A stretch of 46,081 nucleotides of DNA from Octopus bimaculoides (GCF_001194135.2 NC_068997.1:33711554-33757634), one strand, 5' to 3'. Shown: positions 1-11,885, counted from the stretch's first letter. Numbers and translations are program-made. Notes: generated by a model from the letters alone, not told the origin.

Positions 1-48
<48 letters not shown>
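1..48. repeat. (TG)n microsatellite
   Basis: Direct sequence. Confidence 0.98.
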
Positions 49-52
<4 letters not shown>

Positions 53-1254
53 AAGCAGGAACATTTACTGAAAACATTAATCGTCACACACTGAAATACT
101 CCTTGAAATTGGTATTTACTTCTAATTTATGTTACATTTAGTGCCTGAAATACAAGTTTTCCTTTGAGTAGGGAGCTAGGGAATCGGGACAACAATGTCT
201 TGCCTTATGTAACTTAAAATAAAATCGAATTTGATCCCCCTGAGACATCGAAGGACCAGAGCCAAATACGATCAATTTTGCTATTCAGTTTAGAAAACAC
301 TTTTAGAGAGATGTAGATGGATGTTCATATCATTTTACTGGTACTATGTTTTGTATAGACAAGACATTTCAGTAACTGATGGTGCATTTCATATTGCAAC
401 ATATGTAGCGAGTATTCAGAACAATTCTTCATCAGTTTCAATTTCTTGTGGTTTTCAGTTTCAATCCTACTAGAGATATTGCTTAAATGGTAGGTTTCAA
501 ATTTACTAAGTACACTACTGGGAAACAAAATTTTGCTTTTCTCAAGATTTATTGATGCACAGAAAACATAAATTTACAATAAGGGATTTGCATATTTAAG
601 GGAAACAACTCAATACTAACCGGAATTACTTCCCTTCCATACACTTAATGTTAGTATATAAAGTCCCAGTATCCACAGTAGAGGGCTTTGAGAGGAGAGT
701 CAGTAAGTTCCTATAGAAATGGCTGGCACTTACACAGAGTCTATGCAGCGTCTCCCAGTACAGAAATAATAATAAGTTGAAGCCTTCTATTAGCAACTTG
801 GAAAAAGAATTCGTGATCACTCGTGCTGGGTGGGAGTTGGGGGTGGAGATAACCGAGACTCATGCAACCTTAAAGTCTCTCAGATTGGTATTGCAGTCGG
901 AACAAGAGGGAAGTGGAAAGTAGTGGAGGCTGTCAAGGCTTCAGAGTTGCGGTAAAACCACAGTGTAAGGCGCGAGTATCGCTTGTGGAGGAACAAGCCA
1001 GCAAGTGTGTTGGGATGAGGCACCAAGGAGCCTGTCTAAAATAGGACCAAGCGGTGGCACACTAAGTCTCTTAGTCGAGTCTTTGAGAGTAGGGCATCAC
1101 AGGATAATATTCTTATTTCGGACAATTTACAATGTCCTACCAAGTCTATGCAACTTGTTATGTTGGGGGAAAGTTGATGTCAGGTTGATTCTGAACAACC
1201 TGACAACTAGCGAAAAAGGTTTAGGTTTGATCCTATAATGTTTCTGTTATCTCT

Positions 1255-1470
1255 AAGGCAGTGAGCAGGCAGAATCATTAGCACACCGGGCAAAATGCTT
1301 AGAGACATTTCGTCCGTCTTTACGTTCTGAGTTCAAATTTCGACGAGGTCGACCTGCATCCTTTCATCCTTTTGGGGTTGATAAAATAATAGGTACCAGT
1401 TGAACACTGGGATTGATATCATCGACTCAACCGAAATTGTTTGCCTTGTGCCAAAAATTTGAAATCAATA
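1255..1470 (+). mobile_element. tRNA-derived SINE, family A (AAGGCGGTGAGCTGGCAGAATCGTTAGC head; ...TTGTGCCAAAATTTGAAA tail)
   Basis: A-box-like GGCAGAATCATTAG and B-box-like GAGTTCAAAT; shared body CCTTTCATCC..GGGGTTGATAAAATAA..GTACCAGTTGAACACTGGG; homologous copies at 4050-4430, 17464-18706 and 41135-41768. Confidence 0.9.
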
Positions 1471-2355
1471 TTTCTGCTTAATGTTAATTTTGGTTCTGGA
1501 AAGATAACTTAATAATGTCGAATGATAACTTAATAATGATCAACCCCTTTGATAGATTTCAATGACATAAATGATTTGTTTTCTACATTATGTCCTCATA
1601 ATATTTTTTACTGTAGGATCTATACAAAAATGTAATAAATTTAGCGCTGGAGAGCTAATTAAACTATTTAGTAGTTTTCTTAATGACCCGGAACCTGTTA
1701 ATAACTGTATTTCGCTATTTGCTTTTAGTAAAGCTGTCTTACGCAACTTAATTACATATTAGAAAATAAATGCAATAAAAAGAAAGAGGGTTAAACAGCA
1801 ATCTGAATTAATAAAAAATTAGTAACTGAATGATGAATCTCAAACGAATTAAAGGTCGATATAGCTCATCAGTCAGTGAAAGAGGATAACAAAGCACGGA
1901 CTGCTTACTCCAAAACAAAAGAGGAACTATCGATTGAGAAATCGAAAACGTTAGTCTAACAAAGTCGGCTTTGTGCCAGTTAGATATCACAATCTAAAAG
2001 TGTTCGCGATATTAATAAGACCATCACTGAGGAGAAGAAAAAACCTCATCCACTGCTGGTTCCGGTTAGTTCTATTGGTGATCCCGATGGTAGTCCCTTA
2101 ATCGTGACAATCGAAGAAGAAGCTATCTGTGGCAAAGATTGCTTCAGAATGGAATATATGAGAAACATTTGTTAGTATCACACACCGACACAATTGTTTA
2201 GAAATTATGAAGATTATAAAAAATTGTGTTGTAGGAAAGTCCCTATTCGCAATCACAAATTGTATTTCAGCAGCTAAGCTGATTTCTCTCGTTAAGCTAG
2301 GTGAAGTGGGGTTCGTCCAATAGATGTAACAGCGATTTTCACTGTTTTATTTATT

Positions 2356-3829
2356 AACTAGCAGAAATACCCGGCTTTGCCCGGGTTAAAGAGAATAATG
2401 AAATCTAAAAACGCCGTCTAGACTACGCAACCCTCAACTGTTAGTAGCTACGATACCATATTTCTACATTAATGACTCTCCAATCCATGCCAGCATGGAA
2501 CATAGACATTAAGTGGAATGCCAGTGTCTCATCTAGGAGGGCCTTGAAATCAATGTTACCAACTGGGGACTATGTGTGTCGTAGTGATAATAAAAAGACC
2601 CAAAGGAGGTCTGCAACGAAATAATTTTACTCAACACTTTGCAAGTGAATCAGTAGAGGCAAAGATGCGTCTCATTTACTTGNNNNNNNNNNNNNNNNNN
2701 NNNNNNNNNNNNNNNNNNNNNNNNNNNNNNNNNNNNNNNNNNNNNNNNNNNNNNNNNNNNNNNNNNNNNNNNNNNNNNNNNNNNNNNNNNNNNNNNNNNN
2801 NNNNNNNNNNNNNNNNNNNNNNNNNNNNNNNNNNNNNNNNNNNNNNNNNNNNNNNNNNNNNNNNNNNNNNNNNNNNNNNNNNNNNNNNNNNNNNNNNNNN
2901 NNNNNNNNNNNNNNNNNNNNNNNNNNNNNNNNNNNNNNNNNNNNNNNNNNNNNNNNNNNNNNNNNNNNNNNNNNNNNNNNNNNNNNNNNNNNNNNNNNNN
3001 NNNNNNNNNNNNNNNNNNNNNNNNNNNNNNNNNNNNNNNNNNNNNNNNNNNNNNNNNNNNNNNNNNNNNNNNNNNNNNNNNNNNNNNNNNNNNNNNNNNN
3101 NNNNNNNNNNNNNNNNNNNNNNNNNNNNNNNNNNNNNNNNNNNNNNNNNNNNNNNNNNNNNNNNNNNNNNNNNNNNNNNNNNNNNNNNNNNNNNNNNNNN
3201 NNNNNNNNNNNNNNNNNNNNNNNNNNNNNNNNNNNNNNNNNNNNNNNNNNNNNNNNNNNNNNNNNNNNNNNNNNNNNNNNNNNNNNNNNNNNNNNNNNNN
3301 NNNNNNNNNNNNNNNNNNNNNNNNNNNNNNNNNNNNNNNNNNNNNNNNNNNNNNNNNNNNNNNNNNNNNNNNNNNNNNNNNNNNNNNNNNNNNNNNNNNN
3401 NNNNNNNNNNNNNNCTCTCTCTCTCTCTCTCTCTTTCTCTCTTTCTCTCTTTCTCTCTTTCTCTCTCTCTCTGAAAGTATCTGTCATTACAGTATCGAAA
3501 TGTGATTGTTTCAGTTAGTAGAATAGTTTCATTTTTAAAATGAAAGTATTTGACATGAGTGTTTTTGTTTCACTTTTGACCCGTAATACTTAAATAGTGG
3601 AGGAGATATTATGTTGCTGTGGGCTCGAACTCTGGAAGAAGTTAAAATTTTTTTTTGACTAAAACACAACTGGAACCCTAAGTAAGGCATCTGTAAATTT
3701 TGAATGAAATTGGTTGCGTAGTTCTCGAGTTTTAGGGATTCACACAGACAGACAGACAGACAGACAGATAGACAGACAGACAGATAGACAGACATACAGA
3801 CACACATTCTCATTTTTATATATATAGAT
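2356..3829 (+). mobile_element. Non-autonomous rolling-circle element (Lep1/DINE-1-like, Helitron superfamily), middle lost in a gap
   Basis: 5' end ACTAGCAGAAATACCCGGCTTTGCCCGGG (CCCGG/CCGGG hairpin); 3' end AAATTTTGAATGAAATTGGTTGCGTAGTT...(GACA)n...CATTTTTATATATATAGAT, matching the architecture of Lep1-like non-autonomous Helitrons (recalled, not searched). Continuity across the 732-N gap is assumed. Confidence 0.6.
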
Positions 3830-4049
3830 TATGTACAAGAAGTACAATAGCAAAGGCTATGAATCATTCAGATCTGGCCTATGTTAGCTTAAAAGGTCTC
3901 TGGAAGAGCTGAATCTCTATGTTATGCTTGACACCTTTTTTTCGGGTAAAACACGAGTTGAGTTTTGTCTCAATAATTTTTAAACTGCTTCATACAACCT
4001 ATAAAATGTTGAAAATTATATATGCTCTGTAAAAGGGAAGGAAAATATG

Positions 4050-4429
4050 TTTCTTATTTCTTTACTGCCCACAAAGGGCTACACACAGAGGGAACAAATA
4101 AGGACAGACAAACAGATTAAGTCGATTATATCGACCCCAGTGCGTAACTGGTACTTATTTAATCGACCACGAAAGGATGAAAGACAAAGTCGACCTCGGC
4201 GGAATTTGAACTCAGAACGTAGCGGCAGACGAAATACCGCTAAGCATTTCGCCCGGCGTGCTAACGTTTCTTATTTCTTTATTGCCCGCAAGGGGCTAAA
4301 CATAGAGGAGACAAACAAGGCCAGACAAATGGATTAAGTCGATTACATCGACTCCAGTGCGTAACTGGTACTTAACTTATCTTAAGCATTTCGCCCGGCG
4401 TGCTAACGTTTCTGCCAGTTCGCCGCCTT
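4050..4429 (-). mobile_element. Two tandem family-A SINE copies (the second internally deleted), tail variant ...CTTGTGGGCAGTAAAGAAATAAG
   Basis: Reverse complement of the 1255-1470 body seen twice (4110-4270, 4335-4429); the copy at 4275-4429 jumps from GGTACTTAA to CTTAAGCATTTCGCCCGG. Confidence 0.88.
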
Positions 4430-4451
4430 GTTATGTTTCTGCACAAACATA

Positions 4452-4870
4452 GGCGTAAGCGTGGCTATGTGGGGAGAAGTTTGCTTACCAACCACATGGT
4501 TCCGGGTTCAGTCCCATTGCGAGGCACTTTGGGCAAGTATCTTCTGCTATAGCGTCAGGCTGACCAAAGCCTTGTGAATGGATTTGGAAGACGGAAACTG
4601 AAAGAAGTCCGCCGAATGATGTATGTATGTATGTATGTATGTATGTATGTATGTATGTATGTATATCTACGTGTGTGCTTCTTTGTGTCTGTGGTTGTTC
4701 CCCACCAACGCTTGACAACCGGAGCTGGTATGTTTACGTCCTAAAAGTCTAGAGGTTCGGCCAAAGGGACCGATAGAATAAGTACCAAGCTTAAAAAAAT
4801 TAAGTACTGGAGTCACTTCGGTGCCCCAGCATGGCCGTAGTCTAATGACTGAAGCAAGTGAAAGATAAAA
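4452..4870 (+). mobile_element. tRNA-derived SINE, family B (near full length, internal (TATG)n)
   Basis: tRNA-like head GTGGCTATGTGG...GGTTCCGGGTTCAGTCCC (B-box-like); 3' part GATAGAATAAGTACCA...CCAGCATGGCCGTAGTCTAATGACTGAAGCAAGT shared with copies at 14325-14466, 14670-14853 and 31584-31770. Confidence 0.9.
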
Positions 4871-5127
4871 GCGGGGAAAAAACGGAATCTGTTATGGTAA
4901 AGATATCGAATTCCGAAGACTAAAAATTCAAAACATTAATTTTGAGAGTGATTCACGACTTGTCCACATTTTAATTAGGCGGTCTCATTAATTTATGTTA
5001 TGTTCATTTGCATAATTAGTTCATTATAAACCCTTAATGAATGAACTTTTTAATGTAATCTATTGTGGGTTTAATTTAGGAAGGATGTGAGAAGGAATTC
5101 ACCTCAAAATATTTACATCATCTTTAA

Positions 5128-6600
5128 TTACTTAACAATGAATATTAAAAGTGTATTACAATGTATTGAAATTGAGGAGGACAACTGAGATCTCCCATTG
5201 AGCCTTTCTTTGGAAAACTCAAATCGACATTGATGGATTACTCCTTTACTGTAAACTTTAGCCCGAAGACGGAGGTAAGACAACAATCCTAATAGTTTGA
5301 GGAGAGGAGCTGACTTTAATTGATGGTTGGTCCCACACAACAAATTGTTGAGAAAGCTCCTGAAAGACCATATTAAAGTTGAGTCTTGCAGTCTCTTATG
5401 TTATTTTTCTACAAAGTATATCAGGGATATGGTTACCATTGCTACTGACAAGAAGCTCAAATATAGTGGGTGGGATGAGTTCAAGTAATATCAGACAAAT
5501 CACAACATGCCAAGAAATGGAGAATCTGGAGAATATTTGGAGTTACCATACATACCCATAAACATACCCATGTATAATCTTAGACTAGAATAATTCAAGA
5601 TCTTCTTCAGAGGAGGCATTCTTAACAGTAATGCTTTTCTCATCTCACTGCATAATGCCTGTAGGTTGGGAACACACTTGTGATTTATACTGGCTTGTTC
5701 AAAAATTTTTCTACGGTAGCGGAAATTTTCTCTTACAACCCTGAGCTTCTTTAGAGTAAGTGTCTTTCCATCAAGAGCTTGATGTGAAGAGTTGTTAATT
5801 TATGCGTAAGATGTATTGGTGATGTGTAGATTCATAATTTCCCTTATATTTTATTATCGTAGTTAACCACCAATTGGATGTCGGCGCAGTGTTGATATTT
5901 TCTTCAATTTCTGTTTATCATCTAAGTTGCTTTCATTTAGTAATTATATTATCATATCTTCTGCAGATTCCTCCTAGGTGTTCTTGAGTGATAGCAGCTG
6001 TCTATATGAGAGACTTAATATTCTATTAATTAATACATGATTCCATGTGCTTTCTAGCAACATCGTCGACATTTTTAAACATTAGAGTAGTTGGATTTTT
6101 CTTTGATCTTGTTGAGAATAGTTTGTCGCTCAACAGTAGTTTCAAATAAGTAGGAAGTGGTTTCAAGATATTTCTAAGTTGAATATATTCCATTGTCGTC
6201 TCTGTTGACTCTGTTTCTGAGATATATGAAAATCCAAAGATGGCAGCAGCAGTTTGCTTACATTATCTTCGATCTCTGTTATGATAAATTCAGGACACTT
6301 TCTCGAGCTTTGAGAAGATCGATTAGCATCACGAAAGCAGGCTATTTTTTTTAAACAAAAGATGCTTGTTGCCGATGTTGTTTCGCCGTAAAGGTGTTTA
6401 AGATGGGATGAGCTTCGTCTCATTGTTTTTAACTGCTTCATATAGCCGATAGAAAGGCCACCACGAGTTTTTCCAAAGCACCGAAATAGATCTTGATCAG
6501 ATGTAAGCTCCAAGTAACATGAAAAGAATACGTCTTCTTAAGCAGTTTTCTTGTATTGCTGTACTACTGCTTTTATCGGTGTGATTAGTTTCAGCCATGA
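5128..6600 (-). mobile_element. Decayed hAT (Ac/ZMYM1-like) transposase relic
   Basis: Minus-strand remnants in the expected order: QTILNKIKEK..TLMFKNVDDVARKHMESC (cf. FSIxxDETxDVSxKEQ), ICRRYDN (cf. GQxYDN), QHCADIQLVV (cf. HCxAHxLxL), YLR...SKERLNG...SISIH (cf. dimerisation domain YLRSTMxQERLNGL). Many stops and frameshifts; TIRs not found. Confidence 0.5.
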
Positions 6601-7173
6601 TCGTGCAAGCGAAATTCCAATAAGTATATGAGATATTTTTTAAAAATCCAGTCAGAATAACTCCGCGTTGTTAAGTAAAAGATGCTTCTCTTATTTATAA
6701 CTGGGGAAATGATTTAGGCTGGAGGAGTTGGCATAAATGTAAAAGGAATTTTAAACCGTCCTCCACTTCTGCACGGCGTCATGTTGCCTGTCTGTCTGTC
6801 TGTCTGTGTGTATGTGTGTATGTGTGTATCAGTGCGCGCGCGCGCATGTGTGTATCTACAGACATTCATTAATACACACACATAAACAATGGTACATGAG
6901 AATGAGAATGTATTAGATGTGTACAAAGTTTTTGGACGTTTTCTAAAAACGTATGGCTCACCTGCATGCACCAAAAACTCTTCACTAAAAAATAAGAAAA
7001 AGTGAATTCATAAGAATTATTAGATATATATTGGAATGTAAATAAGGGTGAGTGTACAGTAAAATATCACATATATAACTGAATGACTGTAGGACATCAT
7101 TTTTTCCTTCTTACATGGATTAATATTAATTATACTTTCTTAATCATACTTTTTTTTTGTTTCTAAAATAGAC

Positions 7174-8398
7174 TTCAATGATGCAGCAGTTCGAATTTCT
7201 AAGCGTGTACGATGTGTAGAAATTTAGGATGATTCATATCGATAAACCGTTCTCTCTGAAAAACTAGTTATGTTTTGATGCACAAAGGAACCAGAAATTC
7301 TTATGAACTATTGTATGTAACTATATAAAAAAAAGAAACAAATAGTAAACAATACATAAGAACTAACATTTTTGATATCTCTCTTGTTAATATCTAGCCA
7401 GATACCACACACACATTGGTTTGGTCGTAGTTTAAAAGCAAGTACAACTCCAAGCTTTGATAGAGAACAGGGCGCCCAGAAGGCGAAGTAATTAATTTGA
7501 TACGCAACCATCCTACTTCTGTTTCGCTCTTCTCGAGTTTACCATGGTTAATATGAATTGCTTGAAAGGTTTCGTCATATATAGACGTATTGCGGTGAAT
7601 GGGAAAAAGTGGAGATGTAGATGGTAAGGGTATTGTACGTGTGGTTTTGAGATATGATAAACATCGGTTAAAGAAACAAGAACTTCTATTGGTTGTTTGG
7701 TTCTAGGTGGCGGTTATTTAACTTATTTCTAGTATGAAAGTTATGTTTGCTTTGCGGTAGCCATTATTAAAAAAAGCAACAACAAAAAAACAGAACATTT
7801 CTATACAACAACTCAAACATCAATCCATAACGAACCATGGAAAATAGAAAAAGTTTGCTATAATTTTTGTTATAATTTTGGAGTTCAAAAGGTCAGTATG
7901 TAGCGTACCATGTTTCTGTTTTTGTTTTCTGTGAATTTCTATGTTCGATTTCAGTTTTAAACTTTAGTTTCAAACAAATCTTGTTTATTTTAGTATATTT
8001 CTAGTTTTGTCTTAATTTTAATACATCTTGTTTCTAAGATGAAGTTTTCTGTGTTTATATTTATTTATAAATTTTTAATTTCAATCTTTTGTTCATTTAG
8101 CAGGATATGTTGTTAAGAGAATATTTTGTTGAAAGAATGCTTTGTTAAAAATATCAAACGAAAATTTTAAACAAGAAATGTTTTAAAAAATTTCTTCGGG
8201 AGATATTACTGATGCTAGCTTTCATGCATTGTTTATTGCTTGGTTCTTTTTGTATAATTATATACAATAATTCATAAGAATTTCTGATTCCTTTGTGCAT
8301 CAAAACATAGCTTTTCTGAGGGAACTATTTATCGGTATGATTCATCTCAAACTTCAACACGTCATACACGCCTAGAAATTGGAAGAGCTGTGTAGTTG

Positions 8399-8400
<2 letters not shown>
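7174..8400. mobile_element. ~1.2-kb non-coding element with ~210-bp diverged terminal inverted repeats (MITE/fold-back type)
   Basis: 7174-7385 aligns by eye to the reverse complement of ~8195-8400 (e.g. TATGTTTTGATGCACAAAGGAAcCAGAAATTCTTATGAA vs TTCATAAGAATTTCTGaTTCCTTTGTGCATCAAAACATA). No TSD recognised. Confidence 0.8.

Positions 8401-8401
<1 letters not shown>

Positions 8402-8452
<51 letters not shown>
8402..8452. repeat. (TA)n microsatellite
   Basis: Direct sequence. Confidence 0.97.
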
Positions 8453-8457
<5 letters not shown>

Positions 8458-8626
8458 ACTAAGAAGATATAATTAATGTTAATCCTTGCGGGAAGGAAAA
8501 AATTATGTCATACATTCATACAGCTATATAAGTGTTATTTTACAGTTACTCACCCATATATACATTCCAATATATATTCATTAGTTCTTATGAGTTCGCC
8601 TTCTCTTACCTTTCTTATTTGTTCAG

Positions 8627-8653
8627 AAACTGAACAATTTTTGCTGAGTACAG
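8627..8653 (+). CDS. Candidate 27-nt symmetric (phase 1-1) microexon encoding x-TEQFLLST-x
   Basis: Long pyrimidine tract CGCCTTCTCTTACCTTTCTTATTTGTTCAG| then AAACTGAACAATTTTTGCTGAGTACAG|GTAAGC. Length is a multiple of 3 and only one frame is open. No transcript evidence. Confidence 0.4.
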
Positions 8654-8728
8654 GTAAGCCACACGTTCACAAAATTATACACATTTTATAGATTGTCATC
8701 CTTATATGATATTGATATGGAGATGTGA

Positions 8729-8789
8729 AGATCCAAGTCTCCCTCATTCGAATCTCACCTAGATCCAAGTCTCCTTCATTCGAATTTCA
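8729..8789 (+). repeat. 32-bp imperfect tandem duplication
   Basis: AGATCCAAGTCTCCCTCATTCGAATCTCACCT followed by AGATCCAAGTCTCCTTCATTCGAATTTCA. Confidence 0.9.
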
Positions 8790-8859
8790 ACATCAACAAC
8801 AGGGTATTTTTGTTTGTATGTATGTATGTATGCATGTATGTATATATGTATGTATGTAC

Positions 8860-11107
8860 AGGTGCAGATTTATATGTTTTATGTATGTATTCTCATGCAT
8901 ATAGTTGCATATCTAGACATGTTCATACATATTTTAATGATAAACTTCTGGAAAGTTTTACAGATTTTTACAATTCCAATGATGGATTGCATCTGTAGTC
9001 TTCGAATTAGCTTTCTCCTTTCTGGTTCTGAGAAGCCTAATTTCTCAAGATTGGTATTTAGGCAGTGTGTTACATATCCCAGGGCCCCGATAATTACAGG
9101 TATAAACCTGAACTTGTAATTTGAATAGAGTAACTGCAGATTTATCAATAGTTCAGCGTAGGTATTCTCTTTTTCTCTGAGCTTCAGCTTTATGCTAACA
9201 GCCGCTGAGCAGATAACTTCCACAACTGTGCACNNNNNNNNNNNNNNNNNNNNNNNNNNNNNNNNNNNNNNNNNNNNNNNNNNNNNNNNNNNNNNNNNNN
9301 NNNNNNNNNNNNNNNNNNNNNNNNNNNNNNNNNNNNNNNNNNNNNNNNNNNNNNNNNNNNNNNNNNNNNNNNNNNNNNNNNNNNNNNNNNNNNNNNNNNN
9401 NNNNNNNNNNNNNNNNNNNNNNNNNNNNNNNNNNNNNNNNNNNNNNNNNNNNNNNNNNNNNNNNNNNNNNNNNNNNNNNNNNNNNNNNNNNNNNNNNNNN
9501 NNNNNNNNNNNNNNNNNNNNNNNNNNNNNNNNNNNNNNNNNNNNNNNNNNNNNNNNNNNNNNNNNNNNNNNNNNNNNNNNNNNNNNNNNNNNNNNNNNNN
9601 NNNNNNNNNNNNNNNNNNNNNNNNNNNNNNNNNNNNNNNNNNNNNNNNNNNNNNNNNNNNNNNNNNNNNNNNNNNNNNNNNNNNNNNNNNNNNNNNNNNN
9701 NNNNNNNNNNNNNNNNNNNNNNNNNNNNNNNNNNNNNNNNNNNNNNNNNNNNNNNNNNNNNNNNNNNNNNNNNNNNNNNNNNNNNNNNNNNNNNNNNNNN
9801 NNNNNNNNNNNNNNNNNNNNNNNNNNNNNNNNNNNNNNNNNNNNNNNNNNNNNNNNNNNTGGTATGAGTACTGGAACTGCAAACACATTATGGGCCACTG
9901 TTTTATTGACTGCAGAGAGTTCTGAGGTCCAAATTTTCTTTATTCGGCTGTAATATTCTTTAGAGACACATGTTTTGTTACAGGTGCCATTGTAAGATAT
10001 ATTTTCATCCACCCCTAGATACCTGTAACATTCCTCGTCAGATACAGGGGAAACAGTCAAATCATTAATGGAGATGTTACTAGTCTGGTTTATAGTTTTC
10101 CCCCTTTTCACAGCCATATAGCAACATTTATCCTGACCAAACTCCAACCCTACATCCTTTGAGAATGTTGTAACTAAGTCAAGGCTCTTTTTCATCTCAT
10201 GCATATTCTTTGCATAAAGTTTTAAGTCATCCACAAAAGAGCAGTATATAATTTTGGTATTTCTATTTCCTTGAGAACCAATGAGGTATCCTCCAGACTT
10301 CCTTAACATGAATGACAAGGGGTTTACAGAACGTATAAACAGCACCACAGAGTGGCTGTCCTCTTCGAACATGCCTTTGCGATACTGTATTCTATCAGTG
10401 ATAATACCTTACTCTTTGTGTTTAATTTCAAGATGGTGGTCCACGATGAAGTCAGGCCAGCTATAGCTTTGACTATTCTCATTGGAACTTTAGCAAGTTG
10501 AAGGGCTTCTAGCATCCATGAGTGGAGAACAGAGTCAAAGGCTTTCTTAATACTAGGTTCCTCCTATGCTTTCACACCTCTGACATCACCGTTTTGTTGA
10601 TTAACAATTGCTCGGTACATCCCCAGACTCCCTTCTTCCTAGCTGCTTGTTCTGCTGTGATAATGTTATTGATTTCACAATGGTCTTGGAGGAAGAGGTT
10701 TAAACATGCTGTATATATTTTATACATTAAGTTCTGGCATGCAATTAGCCGGTAGGTTTTTTGCCATGTGGGTGGTTTTGCATTTGGGGATCAATTTTGT
10801 CTCTGCCAGAGCTAACCAGTGTAGTATGCTACTGTTCCCATTGAGAACGTGCTGGTACAGATTGATAAGATATGGACGGTAGAATGTCAGCTTCTTGTAC
10901 CAATATCCAACAATCAAGTCTCTTCCAGGTGCTTTGCCATTCTGGAGTTTCTGAATCACAATTGTAAGAGTTTCACCATCAATGTTTTATGTCTTGGATG
11001 TAACGCAAGAGCAATAACTTTCTAGGATTTCTTCCAGCCAGAGAGCACCTTGGTTAAATTCCTTCTTTTCACTCCAGATGTGTCTTCTCATGAAAGAGCT
11101 TCTGTGA
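8860..11107 (-). mobile_element. 5'-truncated, decayed RLE-type non-LTR retrotransposon (R4/Dong or NeSL/Hero-like); RT + restriction-like endonuclease
   Basis: Minus-strand motifs KAPGRDLIVGYWYKKL and TKLIPK (RT N-term); FEEDSHSVVLF..VNPLS (cf. FQGDSLSP); FVDDLKLYAK; YRYLGVDE; after a gap KLREKENTY...FIPVIIGALG...QSIIGIVKI (RLE C-term). Frameshifted; a 626-N gap lies inside. Confidence 0.92.
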
Positions 11108-11300
11108 TGTATGTGTATGTGCATGCATGTAAGTGTGCCTATGCATGTATGTGTGTGTGTGTGTGCATGCATATATGTATGTATGTGTGTACATTTTTAT
11201 GTATGTATTCTGCATATTCATGTGTTTGTGCTTGCGTGTTTGTGTGTTCGTATTTGTGTGTTTTATGTGTGTGTGTGTATTTGCATGTGTGTGTGTGTGT

Positions 11301-11366
<66 letters not shown>

Positions 11367-11642
11367 CTCTGTCTCCTTGTGCGTGCATGTCTGAATGTGT
11401 CTGGTCTCTGTGTGTGCGTGTATGGGTTTTTGTGATTATGTACTGTGTCTGTATGTGAAACATACAGACACAGTACATATGTGTGGATGTGAAACACATG
11501 ACCATATACACACATACTTCACTTCACACAAGGACACATATGGAGACACACATCCATACATACAGACACAGGACATAATCACAAAATCCCATACACACAC
11601 AGATACAGACGCACTCAGACATGCACACACAAGGAGACAGAG

Positions 11643-11733
<91 letters not shown>

Positions 11734-11885
11734 CATAAAAACACACAAACACAGACACACAAACACATGAATATGCAGAATACATACATAAAACGTACAC
11801 ACATACATACATATATGCATGCGCACACACACAAATACATACATGCATACACACACTGACATGCATGCATACATACATATATACA
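11108..11885. repeat. Imperfect inverted duplication of a (TG)/(CA)-rich segment with a nested 20-bp perfect hairpin
   Basis: Non-microsatellite anchors are mirrored: GTACCTCTGTCTCCTTGTG (11363) / CACAAGGAGACAGAGGTAC (11627); ATGTATTCTGCATATTCATGTGTTT / AAACACATGAATATGCAGAATACAT. Hairpin 11437-11479 with loop GAA. Confidence 0.9.

Noticed and set aside
325-820. TVDTGTLYTNIKCMEG, resembling the Penelope RT motif DVxSLYTNIPHxEG, with a CTGATGA hammerhead-like core near 430 on the minus strand
   Set aside because: Single motif with no flanking RT motifs recognised; the hammerhead-like core has GAAT instead of GAAA. Too weak to call.
6830-6850. (CG)n/(TG)n potential Z-DNA (also 26570-26610)
   Set aside because: Ordinary by-product of microsatellite decay in this genome; no independent support for function.
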